Shown here one piece after another: positions 8,115 through 16,386 of a stretch of 30,031 nt of DNA. How positions within the stretch are numbered: the first letter of the stretch is position 1; the number at the start of each line of letters is the position of its first letter. This DNA comes from Lentimicrobiaceae bacterium. GTDB taxonomy: Bacteria > Bacteroidota > Bacteroidia > Bacteroidales > WCHB1-69. The stretch lies in assembly GCA_009776395.1 (NCBI GenBank), contig WRNX01000002.1, forward strand, positions 1-30,031, given 5' to 3'. The notes under the pieces were generated by a model that saw nothing but the letters and a program-made list of their open reading frames with translations, had not been told where the DNA came from and ran no database searches. A program made the position numbers and the translations under genes.

Positions 8115-9584
8115 ATGGAAAATAATTACAAACAAATACGAATAGCCTTGCGCAACTGCGGATTTATCAATCCTGAAAATATTGAAGATTATATCGCGCG
8201 CAACGGTTATGCCGCATTGGCTTCTGTTTTAGAAACCAATAATCCGCAGGCTACTATTGAGGCCATTAAAAAATCGGGGCTGCGCGGTCGCGGCGGCGGC
8301 GGATTCCCCACCGGAGTAAAATGGGAAATTGCAAGTAAAAATCATGCAGACCAAAAATATGTGTTTTGTAACGCAGACGAAGGAGACCCTGGCGCTTTTA
8401 TGGACAGATCAATCTTAGAAGGCGACCCCCACTCCGTACTGGAAGCAATGGCTATTAACGGTTTCTGTATCGGCGCTAATAAAGGACTTATCTACATCCG
8501 CGCAGAATATCCCCTTGCCATTGAACGTTTGCTCATCGCAATCAAACAGGCGGAAGAAGTTGGCGCATTAGGACAAAATATTTTCGGTACCGGTTTCAAT
8601 TTTGATATTGAACTGAGATACGGTGCCGGAGCATTCGTTTGTGGCGAAGAAACCGCATTGATTCACTCTATGGAGGGCGACCGCGGCGAACCCACTTTCA
8701 AACCTCCTTTCCCTGCACAGGAAGGTTATCTGAAAAAACCTACCAACGTGAACAACGTGGAAACATTTGCCAATATTCCCGTTATTATCCTTAAAGGGTG
8801 GGAATGGTTTGCCGCTATCGGAACCGAAAAATCAAAAGGTACAAAAGTATTTGCATTAGCAGGAAAAATTAACAACGTGGGACTGATTGAAGTTCCCATG
8901 GGAATTACGCTTCGCGAAGTAATTTATGAAATTGGAAACGGGATAAAAGATGATAAAAATTTTAAAGCCGTGCAAACCGGAGGTCCCTCCGGCGGCTGTC
9001 TGACAGAAAAATTCTTGGATACTCCCATTGATTACGACAACCTCATCGCTGCTGGCTCTATGATGGGCTCCGGCGGAATGATCGTAATGGATGAAGACGA
9101 CTGTATGGTTTCCGTTGCCAAATTTTACTTGGATTTTACGGTGGAGGAATCTTGCGGAAAATGCGCTCCCTGCAGAATCGGAAATAAACGTCTGTATGAA
9201 TTGCTTGATAAAATTACAGAAGGAAAAGGAAATATGGAAGATCTTGACCAACTGAAAAACTTAAGTAAAGTTATCAAAGATACAGCGCTTTGCGGATTGG
9301 GACAAACCTCACCTAACCCCGTACTTTCCACTATCGAAAACTTTTGGGAGGAGTATGTAGCTCACGTAAATGAGAAAAAATGTCCCGCAGGACAATGTAA
9401 AGCGTTGAAAAGTTATATTATTGACCCTGACCTTTGTATTGGCTGCACGGCGTGTGCGCGCGCTTGCCCCGTAGGCGCTATTAAAGGCGAAAAGAAAATG
9501 CCCCACGAAATCAATCAAAATACCTGTATCAAATGTGGTGCATGTATGGAAAAATGTAAGTTTAATGCAATATCAATCAAATAA
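8115..9584 (+). CDS. hndC: NADH/FMN-binding NuoF-like hydrogenase subunit (HndC/HydB) with C-terminal 2x[4Fe-4S]
   Basis: GLRGRGGGGFPTG, NADEGDPGAFMDR, GAGAFVCGEET, GGPSGG, ESCGKCAPCRIG, CGLG, CIGCTACARACP, CIKCGACMEKC. Confidence 0.95.
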   Translation: MENNYKQIRIALRNCGFINPENIEDYIARNGYAALASVLETNNPQATIEAIKKSGLRGRGGGGFPTGVKWEIASKNHADQKYVFCNADEGDPGAFMDRSILEGDPHSVLEAMAINGFCIGANKGLIYIRAEYPLAIERLLIAIKQAEEVGALGQNIFGTGFNFDIELRYGAGAFVCGEETALIHSMEGDRGEPTFKPPFPAQEGYLKKPTNVNNVETFANIPVIILKGWEWFAAIGTEKSKGTKVFALAGKINNVGLIEVPMGITLREVIYEIGNGIKDDKNFKAVQTGGPSGGCLTEKFLDTPIDYDNLIAAGSMMGSGGMIVMDEDDCMVSVAKFYLDFTVEESCGKCAPCRIGNKRLYELLDKITEGKGNMEDLDQLKNLSKVIKDTALCGLGQTSPNPVLSTIENFWEEYVAHVNEKKCPAGQCKALKSYIIDPDLCIGCTACARACPVGAIKGEKKMPHEINQNTCIKCGACMEKCKFNAISIK

Positions 9585-9594
9585 AAATAAGATA

Positions 9595-11370
9595 ATGGAC
9601 AACATAAAATTAACAATAGATCATAAAGAAGTATCTGTACCAAAAGGTACTACAATATTAAAAGCGGCACGCGAAATTGGAATTGATATTCCTACTTTGT
9701 GCCATTTTGAATTGGCAGGAATGAACATTCATAACCATCCGGGCGGATGCCGTATTTGTGTGGTAGAAGTAGAAGGAAGACGCAATTTGGCGCCCGCATG
9801 CGTTACCGAATGTATGGACGGAATGGTGGTAAAAACCAACTCCATCCGCGTACTAAATTCTCGTAGAACCGTATTAGAACTGATTTTGAGCGACCACCCC
9901 GCCGACTGTTTAGTGTGTGCCAAAAGCGGTAACTGTGAACTGCAAGCGTTGGCTATTCGTTTTGGCGTGCGCGAAATTCCATTTCAAGGTGAACAATCAT
10001 CTTACAAAGTAGAAGTATCACCCTCCATTGTAAGAGATATGAACAAATGCGTGATGTGTCGCCGTTGCGAAACCATGTGCAATGATTTTCAAACTGTTGG
10101 CGCGTTGTCTGCCATTGAAAGAGGTTTTCCCGCAGTAGTTTCTACCGCTTTCAACCAAAAATTGAGTTACTCAAACTGCACATTCTGTGGGCAGTGCGTT
10201 GCCGTTTGTCCGGTGGGTGCATTAGTTGAAGTGGATCATACTCCGAAAATTATTCGCGCTATTTCCGATGAAAAGAAAACCGTAGTGGTGCAAGTGGCGC
10301 CCGCAGTGCGCGTTGCACTCGGCGAAGAGTTCGGCATGAAACCCGGATCTATCGTTACCGGTAAATTAACCGCCGCACTAAAAGCGCTCGGATTTGACTA
10401 TGTTTTTGATACCGATTGGAGCGCCGACCTAACCATTATGGAAGAAGGAACCGAGTTGATTGACAGATTGACCCGCCATTTAAAAGGTGATAAGGATGTG
10501 AAATTGCCACTGTTAACCTCTTGCTGTCCTGCATGGGTAAACTTCTTTGAATATCACTTCCCTGATCTGAAAGAGATACCTTCTACCGCAAAATCGCCGC
10601 AGCAAATGTTTGGCGCTATTGCCAAATCATTTTTTGCCGATAAAATTGGCGTGAAACGTGAAGATATGATAGTAGTTTCCGTAATGCCTTGTTTAGCAAA
10701 GAAATATGAATGCGCCCGCGATGAATTTAAAGTAAATGGAAATCCTGATGTGGACTTCTCTATCTCTACTCGCGAATTAGCCACATTAATCAAACAGGCA
10801 AATATTGATTTTAACTCATTGGAAGAGACTCCTTTCGATTCCCCGTTAGGCGAATCTACCGGCGCCGCCGTAATTTTCGGAACTACTGGAGGCGTGATAG
10901 AAGCCGCTGTAAGAACCGCTTACGAAGTGATTACAAAAAAACAACTTCCCAAAATTGATTTTACCGAACTTCGCGGTTTGGAAGGTGTACGCTCGGCAAC
11001 TATTGATGTGGACGGATTGCCGCTCAACATCGGTATTGCACACGGATTGAGCAATGCCCGCAGGTTGTTGAACGATATTAAAGAAGGAAAATCACAATTT
11101 CATGCAATTGAAGTGATGGCATGTCCGGGGGGATGTATTGATGGAGGCGGACAACCGTTGCACCATGGCAACAGCGATATTATTAAAGCCCGTTGGGAAG
11201 CTATTTATGAAGCCGACAGAAATATGCCTGTCAGAAAATCTCACGAAAACCCATCCATTAAAGAAATTTATAAAGATTTCTTAGGCGAACCCTGCGGACA
11301 CAAATCCCACGAGTTGCTTCATACACACTACTTCGATAAAGCCAAAGTAATTGAAATTAAGTTGGATTAA
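9595..11370 (+). CDS. hndD: [FeFe]-hydrogenase catalytic subunit (HndD/HydA, multimeric group A)
   Basis: H-cluster motifs TSCCPAW, MPCLAKKYE, EVMACPGGCIDGGGQP; N-terminal [2Fe-2S], His-ligated HPADCLVCAKSGNC and two CxxCxxCxxxC clusters. ATG 9595 preferred to the overlapping 9535 start. Confidence 0.97.
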   Translation: MDNIKLTIDHKEVSVPKGTTILKAAREIGIDIPTLCHFELAGMNIHNHPGGCRICVVEVEGRRNLAPACVTECMDGMVVKTNSIRVLNSRRTVLELILSDHPADCLVCAKSGNCELQALAIRFGVREIPFQGEQSSYKVEVSPSIVRDMNKCVMCRRCETMCNDFQTVGALSAIERGFPAVVSTAFNQKLSYSNCTFCGQCVAVCPVGALVEVDHTPKIIRAISDEKKTVVVQVAPAVRVALGEEFGMKPGSIVTGKLTAALKALGFDYVFDTDWSADLTIMEEGTELIDRLTRHLKGDKDVKLPLLTSCCPAWVNFFEYHFPDLKEIPSTAKSPQQMFGAIAKSFFADKIGVKREDMIVVSVMPCLAKKYECARDEFKVNGNPDVDFSISTRELATLIKQANIDFNSLEETPFDSPLGESTGAAVIFGTTGGVIEAAVRTAYEVITKKQLPKIDFTELRGLEGVRSATIDVDGLPLNIGIAHGLSNARRLLNDIKEGKSQFHAIEVMACPGGCIDGGGQPLHHGNSDIIKARWEAIYEADRNMPVRKSHENPSIKEIYKDFLGEPCGHKSHELLHTHYFDKAKVIEIKLD

Positions 11371-11388
11371 TAAGCAAGAAGAGTGATT

Positions 11389-12408
11389 ATGAATCCTAAA
11401 ATAAAAGAAATAAAAGAACAGTTAGAGCAGTTTCGTGTAGAAGCAGGCGAGCATTTAGAACAGTTTCGATTGCAGTTTCTCAGTAAAAAAAGTGATTTGC
11501 AACAGTTGCTCGGCGAAATCAAAGAGGTAACACCCGATTTGCGTAAAGAATTTGGGCAAGCAGTGAACAATTTAAAACAGTATGCGCAAGAATTGTACGA
11601 GATGCACAAAAACAGAGTGGAAAACGAAGCCACTGTTTTTAATTCGGAAATTGATGTAACTCGACCAGCAACCCTTTATTCACTTGGCGCCATGCACCCT
11701 GTTTCTATTGTAATGAATGAAGTGTGTGAAATTTTCGAAAAGATTGGTTTTTCATCTGTTTCTGGTCCTGATATTGAAGATGATTGGCACGTTTTTTCGG
11801 CGTTGAATTTTCCGTTAGAACATCCGGCGCGAGATATGCAAGATACTTTCTTTGTAAATGTAAATCCTGAGTTTTTGCTTCGCACGCACACTTCTTCACT
11901 GCAAGTGCGTACAATGGAAAGTTGTCCGCCGCCCATTCGGGTGATTTGTCCGGGCAGAGTATATCGCAACGAAACTATTACCGCACGTTCTCACTGTATT
12001 TTTCATCAAGTTGAAGGATTGTATATTGCCAATGAAGTCTCTTTTGCTGAAATGAAACAAGTGTTGTTATTTTTTGCACAAGAGATGTTTGGAACTGATA
12101 CCAAGATTCGACTGCGTCCTTCTTATTTTCCTTTTACAGAGCCTTCTGCAGAGATGGATATTGAATGTAAGATTTGTGGAGGAAAAGGTTGTAATGTGTG
12201 CAAACAATCCGGTTGGGTAGAGATACTCGGATGTGGAATGGTAGACCCCAACGTTTTAGATAACTGTGGTATCAATTCCAAAGAATACAGCGGATACGCT
12301 TTCGGCATGGGAATTGAACGTATGGCAATGCTCAAATATAAAATCAACGACATCCGCCTCTTTTTTGAAAACGACGTAAGGTTTTTGGGACAGTTTGCCA
12401 ACGCGTAA
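11389..12408 (+). CDS. pheS: Phenylalanyl-tRNA synthetase alpha subunit
   Basis: HPARDMQDTF, LLRTHTSS, PGRVYRNE, FHQVEGL, RPSYFPFTEPSAE, CKICGGKGCNVCK insert, GFGMG-like FAFGMGIER. Confidence 0.98.
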   Translation: MNPKIKEIKEQLEQFRVEAGEHLEQFRLQFLSKKSDLQQLLGEIKEVTPDLRKEFGQAVNNLKQYAQELYEMHKNRVENEATVFNSEIDVTRPATLYSLGAMHPVSIVMNEVCEIFEKIGFSSVSGPDIEDDWHVFSALNFPLEHPARDMQDTFFVNVNPEFLLRTHTSSLQVRTMESCPPPIRVICPGRVYRNETITARSHCIFHQVEGLYIANEVSFAEMKQVLLFFAQEMFGTDTKIRLRPSYFPFTEPSAEMDIECKICGGKGCNVCKQSGWVEILGCGMVDPNVLDNCGINSKEYSGYAFGMGIERMAMLKYKINDIRLFFENDVRFLGQFANA

Positions 12409-12430
12409 TGGTGATGAGATAATGAAAGTC

Positions 12431-12480
12431 AAAACATATTTTTTCCCCGACTTTTTTTTATTCGGGACAAAGTATGGTTT
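12431..12480. terminator. Long imperfect hairpin (terminator or REP-like) between convergent pheS and tRNA-Pro
   Basis: AAAACATATTTTTTCCCCGA pairs imperfectly with TCGGGACAAAGTATGGTTT around an 11-nt T-rich loop. Confidence 0.55.
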
Positions 12481-12567
12481 AAAACACAAATTTATATCAA
12501 TCTTATATCACTAACTTTCTGAAAATCGTTTTATTCTACTGATTATCAGTTGGTTAAATATTTTTTG

Positions 12568-12641
12568 TCGGGATGACAAGATTCGAACTTGCGGCCTCTT
12601 CGTCCCGAACGAAGCGCGCTACCGGGCTGCGCTACATCCCG
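12568..12641 (-). tRNA. trnP: tRNA-Pro (anticodon CGG)
   Basis: Acceptor CGGGATG/CATCCCG, anticodon arm CTTCG-TTCGGGA-CGAAG, T-loop TTCGAAT; CCA not encoded. Confidence 0.98.
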
Positions 12642-12657
12642 CTCCTAAAAAGATTGG

Positions 12658-12693
12658 CAAAAATATACTTTTTAGGAATTAATTTTATTTTCG
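12658..12693. promoter_or_regulatory. Divergent -7 boxes for tRNA-Pro and the aminotransferase
   Basis: TATTTTTG on minus at 12658-12665; variant TATTTTCG on plus at 12686-12693. Confidence 0.65.
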
Positions 12694-12725
12694 CGCAAAA
12701 TTTTAAAATTTATTGTAAGTATTAA

Positions 12726-13889
12726 ATGAAAAAATCTTTTTACAAATACATCGCCCAAACTTCCGATGCACCTCTTGCTCTTGAAATAGAACGCGCAGAA
12801 GGGATTTACTTTTACGATACATTTGGAAAAAAATATTTAGACCTTATTGCCGGAATTTCCGTTTGTAATATGGGACACTCACATCCTGCAATTATCAATG
12901 CTGTTAAAGAACAGGCAGAAAAGTATATGCACTTGATGGTGTATGGCGAACTTATTCAAAAACCCCAAGTAGAATTAGCAGAAAAACTGTGTTCGTTTTT
13001 GCCGGCATCTTTAAACTCTGTGTTTTTTGTTAATTCCGGCTCTGAGGCAGTGGAAGGCGCGTTAAAATTAGCCAAACGTTATTCAGGGCGTAAAGAACTG
13101 ATACACTTTGAAAATGCCTATCACGGAAGTTCGCACGGTGCCATGAGTATGATGAGTAATGAAACATACAAAAACGCTTTCCAACCCTTATTACCAGATA
13201 CCAAAGCCATTCGTTTCGGATTGGAAGAAGATTTACAGATAATTACAGAAGAAACCGCAGCCATTATTGCGGAATTGATTCAAGGAGAAGCAGGCATAAG
13301 AATTGCCACCACAGAATATTGGAAAAAACTGAGACAACGCTGTGAAGAAACCGGAACTTTACTCATTGCAGACGAAATTCAAACAGGCTTAGGGCGCACA
13401 GGAAAACTGTTTGCCTTTGAGCATTATGATATTACTCCTGATATTCTGTTGCTCGGAAAAGCATTTGGCGGCGGTATGCCGTTGGGCGCATTTATAGCAG
13501 AAAAAAAAATAATGAACGTGCTTACTCACCATCCTGTGTTAGGGCATATTACCACTTTTGGCGGACATCCGGTGTGTTGTGCCGCAGGCTTAGCACATCT
13601 GAAACTCATTACAGAAAACAAAATGTGGAAAAATGCAGAGATGATCGGGAAAAAATTGGAAACTATTCTTTGGAATATTCATCATGTAAAAGAGATTCGC
13701 AGAAAAGGATTTATGATTGCGGTAGATTTTCATGACAAAGAAATAAACTTTAAAACTTTATATTCATTTTTAGAAAAAGGTCTTTTTTCCGATTGGTTTT
13801 TGTGGTGTGATACTGCTTTACGTATTGCGCCACCGTTGATTTTTAATGAAGAAAATTTAGAAGAAATTGAAACCATACTAAAATATTAA
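12726..13889 (+). CDS. Class III PLP-dependent aminotransferase (acetylornithine aminotransferase/ArgD-like)
   Basis: DLIAGISVCNMGH, NSGSEAVEGALKLA, AYHG, ELIQGEAG, IADEIQTGLGRTG, LGKAFGGG (PLP Lys), TTFGGHP. Substrate cannot be fixed from motifs. Confidence 0.88.
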   Translation: MKKSFYKYIAQTSDAPLALEIERAEGIYFYDTFGKKYLDLIAGISVCNMGHSHPAIINAVKEQAEKYMHLMVYGELIQKPQVELAEKLCSFLPASLNSVFFVNSGSEAVEGALKLAKRYSGRKELIHFENAYHGSSHGAMSMMSNETYKNAFQPLLPDTKAIRFGLEEDLQIITEETAAIIAELIQGEAGIRIATTEYWKKLRQRCEETGTLLIADEIQTGLGRTGKLFAFEHYDITPDILLLGKAFGGGMPLGAFIAEKKIMNVLTHHPVLGHITTFGGHPVCCAAGLAHLKLITENKMWKNAEMIGKKLETILWNIHHVKEIRRKGFMIAVDFHDKEINFKTLYSFLEKGLFSDWFLWCDTALRIAPPLIFNEENLEEIETILKY

Positions 13890-13997
13890 GAACACCCAAC
13901 AACATTGCAAAAACAAAGTTATTAATGGATGACGTTTTTTTCTGTTAATTCTATGGTCTTTCATGGTGCAAAAATAAGATAAAAATGATTTCTTCAT
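13878..13997 (-). pseudogene. 5' remnant of an ISAs1-family-like transposase (frameshifted and truncated)
   Basis: Manual translation MKKSFLSYFCTMKDHRINRKKRHPLI..., resembling the ISAs1 N-terminal F..L.DPR..R.K.H.L..I pattern; a one-base shift continues FVFAMLLGVL. TATATTTG box on minus at 14025-14032. Confidence 0.6.
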
Positions 13998-14106
13998 AAT
14001 AAATTTAATTTATTGATTACGAGGCAAATATATAAAAAAATATCCTTACGTTCAGCATATAAAATATTAACAAACAACTGTTTATAACTAATAATCAAAT
14101 TAAATT

Positions 14107-14142
14107 CTCTGTGAAACTTTATGCTTCTCTGTGAACTCTGTG
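14107..14142 (-). repeat. CACAGAG-type spaced repeat array
   Basis: Plus strand CTCTGTG at 14107, 14127 and 14136 with degenerate CTTTATG at 14117; TTCTCTGTGAA occurs exactly twice. Confidence 0.75.
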
Positions 14143-14328
14143 TTGAATCAAAAAATCAGGTAATAAGGTTATAATTTTCTTTGTATCTTATTGCTACTAA
14201 AGTGTTTTAATATTTTTTAAGGTAAAAATCAGATCTCATATAAAACCATAATCAAAAATCATCTTTTATTTTTAATGATTTTGCTCTGGAAAAAATAGGT
14301 ATCAAAAACACTATATTAGAAAAAAGTA

Positions 14329-14336
14329 TATTTTTG
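14329..14336 (+). promoter_or_regulatory. -7 promoter box for trnT-tuf-trnW
   Basis: TATTTTTG followed by CACC, 30 nt before tRNA-Thr. Confidence 0.8.
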
Positions 14337-14366
14337 CACCCCTTAAAATGAAACATAAAAATGTAA

Positions 14367-14438
<72 letters not shown>

Positions 14439-14512
14439 CAAAAATGAATAAAAACAACCTCTATTCTTATAAAATAGATTTAATAATTTAATAACCTTTA
14501 ATTGATAAAACA

Positions 14513-15700
14513 ATGGCAAAAGAAAAATTTGAACGCTCCAAACCCCACGTAAATGTGGGAACCATTGGCCATATTGACCATGGTAAAACAACCTTAACTG
14601 CCGCTATTACTATGGTATTAGCAGATAAAGGACTATCCGAAGTACGTAGTTTTGACTCCATCGACAACGCTCCGGAAGAAAAAGAACGCGGTATCACTAT
14701 TAACACAGCACACGTTGAGTATCAAACCGCAAATCGTCACTATGCTCACGTGGACTGTCCCGGACACGCCGACTATATTAAAAACATGGTAACCGGCGCT
14801 GCGCAAATGGACGGCGCTATTATCGTAGTGGCTGCAACCGATGGACCTATGCCCCAAACTCGCGAACATATCTTGTTGGCACGTCAGGTAGGCGTTCCTA
14901 AATTGGTGGTTTTTATGAACAAAGTTGACTTAGTGGATGACTCCGAACTTCTTGAACTCGTGGAAATGGAAATTCGTGAACTCTTATCATTCTATGGCTT
15001 TGACGGTGACAACACCCCTGTTATTCAAGGTTCAGCACTAGGTGGATTGAATAAAGAACCTCAATGGGTAGAAAAAATTATGGAACTTATGGATGCTGTA
15101 GATACCTACATTCCGCTTCCTGTTCGGGATAAAGATAAAGAATTTTTAATGCCCGTTGAAGACGTATTCTCCATTACCGGACGTGGTACGGTTGCCACCG
15201 GAAGAATTGAAACAGGCGTTATTCACACCAGCGACCCCGTAGATATTATCGGTATGGGCGCAGAAAAATTGAAATCTGTGGTTACCGGAGTAGAAATGTT
15301 CCGCAAAATTTTGGATACCGGTGAAGCCGGCGATAATGTTGGTCTTTTACTTCGCGGTATTGATAAAGATGAAATCCGTAGAGGTATGGTAATCGCAAAA
15401 CCAGGTTCTATTAAACCTCACAAAGAGTTTGAAGCCGAAGTTTATATCTTGAAAAAAGAGGAAGGCGGCCGTCACACTCCATTCCATACCAAATACCGCC
15501 CGCAGTTCTATTTCCGTACAACTGACGTAACAGGTGAAGTTATGCTTCCCGCAGGCGTAGAAATGGTTATGCCCGGCGACAACTTGACTATCACTGTGAG
15601 ATTGTTATCTGAAATCGCTATCAACTTAGGACTTCGTTTCGCTATCCGCGAAGGTGGACGTACAGTGGGAGCAGGACAAGTAACAAAAATTTTAGATTAA
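14513..15700 (+). CDS. tuf: Elongation factor Tu
   Basis: [49 protein letters not shown]. Confidence 0.99.
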   Translation: MAKEKFERSKPHVNVGTIGHIDHGKTTLTAAITMVLADKGLSEVRSFDSIDNAPEEKERGITINTAHVEYQTANRHYAHVDCPGHADYIKNMVTGAAQMDGAIIVVAATDGPMPQTREHILLARQVGVPKLVVFMNKVDLVDDSELLELVEMEIRELLSFYGFDGDNTPVIQGSALGGLNKEPQWVEKIMELMDAVDTYIPLPVRDKDKEFLMPVEDVFSITGRGTVATGRIETGVIHTSDPVDIIGMGAEKLKSVVTGVEMFRKILDTGEAGDNVGLLLRGIDKDEIRRGMVIAKPGSIKPHKEFEAEVYILKKEEGGRHTPFHTKYRPQFYFRTTDVTGEVMLPAGVEMVMPGDNLTITVRLLSEIAINLGLRFAIREGGRTVGAGQVTKILD

Positions 15701-15705
15701 TACAA

Positions 15706-15743
15706 ATTTTGTATGGGCAACAAATGTTTTGCTTATACAAAAT
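15706..15743 (+). other. 15-bp RNA hairpin in the tuf-trnW spacer
   Basis: ATTTTGTATGGGCAA / TTGCTTATACAAAAT (two G-U pairs) with an 8-nt loop; ends at the base before tRNA-Trp. Confidence 0.8.
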
Positions 15744-15814
15744 AGGGGAATAGTTTAAGGGTAGAACAGCGGTCTCCAAAACCGTCGGTGGGAGTTCGAA
15801 TCTCTCTTCCCCTG
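15744..15814 (+). tRNA. trnW: tRNA-Trp (anticodon CCA)
   Basis: Acceptor AGGGGAA/TTCCCCT, anticodon arm GCGGT-CTCCAAA-ACCGT, T-loop TTCGAAT. Confidence 0.98.
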
Positions 15815-15883
15815 CAAAGGTAGCAATGTTGAAAACATGTTCATTGCCTGAGGTAGTTGCCTTCAAAGAAAGCGTTTTTTTAC

Positions 15884-15928
15884 CACAAAGTGCGCAAAGG
15901 AAACGCAAAATACGCAAAGTACGCAAAG
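15884..15928 (+). repeat. CGCAAAG-type spaced repeat array (mostly 9-nt period)
   Basis: CACAAAG-TG-CGCAAAG-GAAA-CGCAAAA-TA-CGCAAAG-TA-CGCAAAG. Confidence 0.85.
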
Positions 15929-16286
15929 ATGGTATAACGCAACTTGGAGTTCCACCGTTTACGAAAAAGGCATAGAAGGTATATTATCTGCAAAACTTTG
16001 TGTTTGGGATATGAAAATTTATGTGGACGGAACACCCATTACCCCTTGGATGGATTTAAATCACACTTCAAGTACATTAAAACCGGACGATAAAAAAGAT
16101 CTCATTATTACTTTCGGGGCAGATGATATTGTTGAAAAATGTGAGAAAAAAGCAAAACTGTATTTCCATTCTACCGATTTTTATAAAGAAAAAACCATTC
16201 TTGACGTAACCGTGAACTTTCTTGTGGGGATAGATGAATTAACAGTATCGGATATTAAGGTTTATCCGAATCCAACAACGGGAGAA

Positions 16287-16315
16287 TTACGAGTTACAAG
16301 TTATGAGTTGCCAGT
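16287..16315 (+). repeat. Heptamer array within the CTD coding sequence
   Basis: T-TACGAGT-TACAAGT-TATGAGT-TGCCAGT, encoding LRVTSYELPV. Confidence 0.85.
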
Positions 16316-16351
16316 TACATGGATTGAAGTATTTGATATTTACGGAAGAAA

Positions 16352-16386
16352 GCAGAATGCAGAAAGCAGAATGCAGAAAGCAGAAA
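16352..16386 (+). repeat. Second heptamer array within the CTD coding sequence
   Basis: GCAGAAT-GCAGAAA-GCAGAAT-GCAGAAA-GCAGAAA, encoding QNAESRMQKAE. Confidence 0.92.

Noticed and set aside
9535-9594. Longer N-terminus for the hydrogenase large subunit
   Set aside because: Overlaps the hndC 3' end by 50 nt; ATG 9595 follows an A-rich leader and starts the ferredoxin domain (MDNIKLTID).
12643-12677. Bacteroides-type invertible promoter
   Set aside because: The 15-nt spacer is too short for recombinase inversion and no invertase is nearby; kept only as a possible operator.
14255-14282. AAAATCAT/ATGATTTT inverted repeat upstream of the tuf promoter; also TTTAATAA x2 at 14479-14494
   Set aside because: Short and almost entirely A/T in a very AT-rich spacer; expected by chance.
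15817-15864. Hairpin after tRNA-Trp as a terminator
   Set aside because: Only short alternative imperfect stems (GCAATG/CATTGC) and no adjacent U-tract.
15642-15926. 94-aa minus-strand ORF
   Set aside because: Antisense to the tuf end and tRNA-Trp; GEERFELP is the usual translation artefact of a tRNA, and the N-terminus is translated repeat DNA.
15884-16386. CRISPR array or diversity-generating retroelement signature
   Set aside because: Units are 7-11 nt with no unique spacers; no cas or reverse transcriptase gene, and no TR/VR pair differing at adenines.
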